A stretch of DNA of 28,379 nt from a virus. Lineage: Duplodnaviria > Heunggongvirae > Uroviricota > Caudoviricetes. Below, one piece after another: positions 1 through 28,379 of this stretch. The notes beneath the pieces were generated by a model. That model had not been told where the DNA came from. It did no database searches and was given only the letters and a program-made list of their open reading frames with translations. The DNA lies in the IMG/VR virus record IMGVR_UViG_2541047785_000008; one strand, 5' to 3'. Within the stretch, counting starts at the first letter, position 1; every line of letters starts with the position of its first letter. The position numbers were made by a program, and so were the translations under genes.

Positions 1-21837
<21,837 letters not shown>

Positions 21838-21838
21838 A

Positions 21839-21906
<68 letters not shown>

Positions 21907-21931
21907 ATAATCGTTATCATTTGCATTAATA

Positions 21932-21988
21932 GTTTAGTATACTAAACACAGTACTAAACTCTGGTTTACTGCGTTTGGCTTACTAAAC
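21932..21988. promoter_or_regulatory. TACTAAAC repeat cluster including a perfect 16-bp palindrome
   Basis: GTTTAGTATACTAAAC (21932-21947) is a perfect palindrome. Further TACTAAAC copies lie at 21952-21959 and 21981-21988. Candidate operator or terminase/IHF-type recognition array between the early-like genes and terS. Confidence 0.4.
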
Positions 21989-22344
21989 GATGAGCAAGTA
22001 CAGGTACATGAAACGAATTATATATTGTTCCGTACTCAATTATTTCTAGCGATAATTCGATAAGCTGTCGTGCCGTATTCCTTTCATAACCATTAAAGGT
22101 AGCGGCATCGTGAATAGTTTTACCTATCTTAATTTTATTATTATGATAGTTATATGTAATGTACTTATGTTTCAGTACAAAATAGTCCTTACCAATATGA
22201 ATATCGATATAGTGCGGGGAGTTAATGCGGATGTGTATATCTATAATATCATCATAGTCATGGCGACTATATTCATATCCTCTTAAACCATTACTATCAA
22301 TTACAGTTGTACCGTTTAACGAATTGCATTACTACTTCGATCAT
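21966..22344 (-). CDS. hypothetical protein, CGGN-recoded (125 aa)
   Basis: GAGGTG RBS, ATG 22344. In-phase CGG at 22312-22314 (MIEVVMQFVK-G-TTVIDSNGLRGYEY..). Stop TAA 21966-21968. Length 379 nt = 126 codons + 1. Absent from the ORF track because it is split. Confidence 0.55.
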
Positions 22345-22348
22345 AAGT

Positions 22349-22559
22349 TCACCTCATATTTATTGTACTATCCAGGAAGGATTTTATTATAGAAGGATGT
22401 AACGATGGGGGGAAGTTGGTTAGATATTGTGGAAGTACTTTAATCAGTTCGGTATCAATACTTTTTATTGTATCTTCATTGAATGATTCACCGCATTACA
22501 AATACCTTATCATCAGTTACCATTATACATAATCTTCTATACATATATCTTTCTAACAT
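22349..22559 (-). CDS. hypothetical protein, CGGN-recoded (69 aa)
   Basis: AAGGA RBS, ATG 22559. In-phase CGG at 22491-22493 (..DDKVFVM-G-ESFNEDTIKSIDTELIK..). TGA 22349-22351. Length 211 nt = 70 codons + 1. Confidence 0.5.
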
Positions 22560-22572
22560 AGTTCATCCTTAT

Positions 22573-22597
22573 ATGAAGCGTCGTTGTGACGCTTCAT
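22573..22597 (-). terminator. strong hairpin after gene 22611..23297 (terminator-like)
   Basis: ATGAAGCGTC-N5-GACGCTTCAT, a 10-bp perfect stem. The downstream U-tract on the minus strand is weak (ATATAAGG). Confidence 0.4.
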
Positions 22598-22610
22598 TAA
22601 TTATTATCAT

Positions 22611-23297
22611 TTATACAACTTTGTATGATTTAGTTACATACTCTTTAAAATCTTGCTCATCGGCATTTTTGGGGAATTCCTTCTTATACTCGGCGTAGTA
22701 TTCCTGTGCTTTAGAATTCATTTTACCTTTTGTATTTAGGTGAAATTCTTTACCATTCCATTTGGCATTGATGGGGTAAGTAGTGCGGTACTCTTCGCTA
22801 TAGGCTCGTAAAAACTCGTCTACGTCTGCCAGTTCGGGATTCTTTTTAATCAACTGTTGATAAACTGTATCCTTTAGCAATGCTGCTGGTAACTTCTTGT
22901 TGATCACATTGTAGCGGCGGCGTTCATCGTTCTTGGAATCGACAATAACAACTTCGAAGATCCTATTACCGTTCGGCTTAAGCTGTTTTGTCTTAGGTGC
23001 TGGTACTGTTGTATCTGCCTGTAATGTAGCTAACAGTTCTTCTACACTATCAAAAGTAGTAGATTCTTTTAATGCCGATTCTAAGAGCTTCTGTGCTTCT
23101 TTAATTCTTTCGGAATGAATGGTAGATATATACTCTTTTATATCTTCCAGGCGGCTTATCAGTATATCTACGTCTTTTTCTGTGACTTTTGCGAGTGCAT
23201 TGCGTCCGGCAGCATCGGCGGTTAACATTCCTATATGAAAGTCATCATGTAACACTGTCGAGATCATTTTCGATGTAATGCTTCTAATGCTTGACAT
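22611..23297 (-). CDS. hypothetical protein (228 aa)
   Basis: Intact ORF with no in-phase CGG (Arg encoded by CGC/CGT/AGA). Helical, Lys/Glu-rich. No family recognised. Confidence 0.6.
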   Translation of the reverse strand: MSSIRSITSKMISTVLHDDFHIGMLTADAAGRNALAKVTEKDVDILISRLEDIKEYISTIHSERIKEAQKLLESALKESTTFDSVEELLATLQADTTVPAPKTKQLKPNGNRIFEVVIVDSKNDERRRYNVINKKLPAALLKDTVYQQLIKKNPELADVDEFLRAYSEEYRTTYPINAKWNGKEFHLNTKGKMNSKAQEYYAEYKKEFPKNADEQDFKEYVTKSYKVV

Positions 23298-23347
23298 AGT
23301 ACAGCCTCGTTTGGTTTAAGTAACAATTATGCACAATCTGTTAGCTT

Positions 23348-23488
23348 TTAAATGTTATATACATGTAAATCCTTTATGGTTCTAATGATTTCAGTACTTA
23401 ACCTAAATTCGCGTATCAGTACTTCATAAGGTAACATACGGATCATTTCAATGTACAATACATTGAGTGAATGCAGGTCATCATTCAT
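23348..23488 (-). CDS. small hypothetical protein (46 aa)
   Basis: ATGA overlap with the upstream gene (ATG 23486-23488). MNDDLHSLNVLYIEMIRMLPYEVLIREFRLSTEIIRTIKDLHVYNI. Below the track cutoff. Confidence 0.3.
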   Translation of the reverse strand: MNDDLHSLNVLYIEMIRMLPYEVLIREFRLSTEIIRTIKDLHVYNI

Positions 23489-23682
23489 AGTTTGATGTTT
23501 ACTCTTTTACGTTTAAGAAGGGATAGTAAAGCCTCATTATGCGTCCTGTACCACTCTTTACCGTCACTGAAAGGTTTATTAATATGGCGAGGATGTTTAG
23601 ACATTGTGACCGCACCAACTTTGCGGTTGCGGTCATCATAGACTTCGGTTATCAAACCACCTGCGATACAAACAATACGCAT
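23485..23682 (-). CDS. hypothetical protein (65 aa)
   Basis: Intact track ORF, basic C-terminus, part of a chain of translationally coupled small genes. Confidence 0.45.
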   Translation of the reverse strand: MRIVCIAGGLITEVYDDRNRKVGAVTMSKHPRHINKPFSDGKEWYRTHNEALLSLLKRKRVNIKL

Positions 23683-23834
23683 AGTAAGAGAACCACTATT
23701 ATATAAAAGTACTGAGATTCTTTTTCTACAGTATTGATTTCAATTTCCATTTTATAACCACACTAATAATAAAATAACAGAAGTGATGATTACGGCAAAA
23801 ATCAAATCAAATAGAGTTGGAATATCATTAAAAA

Positions 23835-24071
23835 TCATAATGATTCCTCCTTTAAAAAATCGATAATCTCACCTTCACTAATAAAAATCTTACCATTGAG
23901 ATCTAACCGAAAGGTTTTGTCTTGTAGCATAAAAAATGTAAAAGTACTGGTAAGTGATTTGAAAGCTACTGATACTTGATCATTCTCCTTATCATAAATC
24001 TCTAGTACATTAAAATTCAGTTTCGATGCTTCAACTATGAGATTAGTAGATATACCTTCAAATATTATCAA
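23835..24071 (-). CDS. hypothetical protein (78 aa)
   Basis: Track ORF. The start codon is uncertain: a TTG at 24069-24071 sits too close to a GGGAG. Confidence 0.4.
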   Translation of the reverse strand: MIIFEGISTNLIVEASKLNFNVLEIYDKENDQVSVAFKSLTSTFTFFMLQDKTFRLDLNGKIFISEGEIIDFLKEESL

Positions 24072-24229
24072 TACTCCCTACAATTAGATACAGTGTGATA
24101 AGAACAACTAATAGTACATGTTCTTTAGTGATAGTGAATGTCATAGTGTTAACTCCCGTGTCGTAATGACACTGTTTATACTATGATCGATAGTTACTAT
24201 AGTCAATGTGCATTAGTAAAATATTTTAG

Positions 24230-24258
24230 TTGTAGTTTTACAGCACCAGTACTATAGT
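24230..24258 (+). promoter_or_regulatory. candidate sigma70 promoter for plus-strand gene 24296..24481
   Basis: TTGTAG (24230-24235), 17-nt spacer, TATAGT (24253-24258). Confidence 0.4.
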
Positions 24259-24295
24259 AAGTGTAACAAGCGAGATACTACTAAGGATTGAAAAA

Positions 24296-24481
24296 ATGAA
24301 TACAGTAACTTATGAAGTACGTGGTAACATCACCGACATTATCGTAAACGGTCAGTACGTTGGTGCAGTAGTAAAAGGTGACGATAACAAGTACCGTACA
24401 GTACATAAGAACAATGCTACATCTGGTACATTTACGGCGTTTCACTTTGCGGCATACCATGTAGAAAAAGCAGTACAATAA
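24296..24481 (+). CDS. hypothetical protein (61 aa), isolated plus-strand cassette
   Basis: AAGGA RBS with its own promoter-like element and its own terminator. Opposite orientation to all neighbours. Confidence 0.5.
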   Translation: MNTVTYEVRGNITDIIVNGQYVGAVVKGDDNKYRTVHKNNATSGTFTAFHFAAYHVEKAVQ

Positions 24482-24485
24482 TAAT

Positions 24486-24507
24486 GGGGGATTTATCCCC
24501 CTTTTTT
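24486..24507 (+). terminator. Rho-independent terminator
   Basis: GGGGGA-TTTA-TCCCCC followed by TTTTTT, 5 nt after the stop of 24296..24481. Confidence 0.7.
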
Positions 24508-24521
24508 AATTATTTTCAGAT

Positions 24522-24548
24522 AATAAAAAGCCCGCTATATGCGGGCTT
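24522..24548 (-). terminator. Rho-independent terminator
   Basis: Minus strand: AAGCCCGC-ATATA-GCGGGCTT followed by TTTTATTAT, 7 nt after the stop of 24555..24773. Confidence 0.65.
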
Positions 24549-24554
24549 CACTTA

Positions 24555-24773
24555 TCAGTAGTCAGCTAAACAGTTGTTACCTGGTCGGCGATACTTATGA
24601 TCCAGTTCACTACACCATTGACCAGTCATTGGCAGTTGCTCACTATCATTTACTAACTTACCATTACCATCATAGATAATCTCTTGTGGGATGACTCCAC
24701 TGTTAGGCTCATTAGTATTAGCGAATGCATTAGTACAAAGTAATATTGCTACTACGGCGATTAATTTTTTCAT
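24555..24773 (-). CDS. small secreted/periplasmic protein (72 aa)
   Basis: Sec-type signal peptide MKKLIAVVAILLCTNAFA|NT. The mature part has two Cys. Confidence 0.6.
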   Translation of the reverse strand: MKKLIAVVAILLCTNAFANTNEPNSGVIPQEIIYDGNGKLVNDSEQLPMTGQWCSELDHKYRRPGNNCLADY

Positions 24774-24776
24774 ATA

Positions 24777-25254
<478 letters not shown>

Positions 25255-25258
<4 letters not shown>

Positions 25259-25591
25259 AGTGTCTGTAGTACATGCAGGATCTCTTCATCACTTAGAAAG
25301 CACTGTATCAACGCCTCAATAGTAATGAAGTGATGCGGTTTAATCTGACAGTATTTATGATAAAGTTGTTTTAATTCATTGATTAGGCTTTCTGGTGATG
25401 CATGTTGATACAAATCACAGATTTCGAGGCCATCATTAGTGATACGAATACCGTTATAGTGTAGATACACTTCATTACCCCATTTAGTACCATTACCTGT
25501 ACTATCATAGAAGAATGCAACCTTAAGGCCGTTGTACTTTCCAGTATTGTGTATTATTTGTTTAAATCCGGTTTCCGCTTCTGATTTTCAT
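25255..25591 (-). CDS. hypothetical protein, CGGN-recoded (111 aa)
   Basis: ATG 25591. The 8th codon is an in-phase CGG (25568-25570): MKIRSGN-G-FKQIIHNTGKYNGLKVAFFYDSTGNGTKWGNEVYLHYNG.., which joins track ORF 25255..25470. Length 337 nt = 112 codons + 1. Confidence 0.55.
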
Positions 25592-25794
25592 TTTTTATCC
25601 TTAATAATTTTATATTTCAGTACATCATTATAGTTATAAACTTCCAGTTCATAGGGATAGTTATCAGTACACCAGAATTGTATTGCATTGATGTACCCCC
25701 ATTCGTGATATTGTAGATAGTTATAGTACGGCGTGATGATTGTAGAACCGTCTTTGTGTCTGAGTTTAACTATATATTCTATGTTTATTTATCC

Positions 25795-25896
<102 letters not shown>

Positions 25897-25934
25897 TTAT
25901 TCATTTTATTGAGTCAAAATGCATAGATATGCAT

Positions 25935-26760
<826 letters not shown>

Positions 26761-26762
26761 TT

Positions 26763-28102
<1,340 letters not shown>

Positions 28103-28122
28103 AATATTAAGGAGAATTTAAT

Positions 28123-28173
<51 letters not shown>

Positions 28174-28187
28174 TTCTTTTTACATAT

Positions 28188-28379
<192 letters not shown>

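Overview
AT-rich tailed-phage segment with a lambda/HK97-type morphogenesis module, transcribed almost entirely on the minus strand. From right to left it holds three blocks. (1) 28.4-21.9 kb: small early/accessory genes and an RNA locus. (2) 21.7-2.3 kb: terS, GpA-type terL, portal, prohead protease/scaffold, HK97-fold capsid, adaptor, giant fibre, tail tube, G/GT chaperones, tape measure, distal-tail genes and a J-like tip protein. (3) 2.2-0 kb: a lysis/accessory cluster including a plus-strand T4-type lysozyme. The main observation concerns the fragmented ORF track. Every frame break I traced (34 of 34, in 15 genes, on both strands) lies at an in-phase CGG. In each case the protein continues in the +1 frame, starting with the GGN that overlaps that CGG. 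About 95 out-of-phase CGG trinucleotides (hand count) cause no break, and no continuing ORF contains an in-phase CGG. Reading CGGN as one Gly codon restores full-length terminase, portal, capsid, tape measure, fibre, J-like protein, lysozyme and others. Each joined gene has length 3n plus its number of sites. The window also encodes, at 26002-26070 (-), a Gly-type tRNA with a 9-nt anticodon loop AUUUCCGAC. Its UCCG is the exact complement of CGGA. I interpret this as a phage-encoded quadruplet (CGGN->Gly) decoding system. That is inference from sequence alone and needs raw-read, proteomic and tRNA-level confirmation. Secondary items: a -1/+1 double-recoding route to the GT chaperone fusion, a promoter-like 33-nt repeat driving the tRNA and a second short GC-rich unit, a ~0.5 kb GC-enriched noncoding region, a protease-scaffold-capsid single ORF, and a tube-paralogue/fibre fusion.
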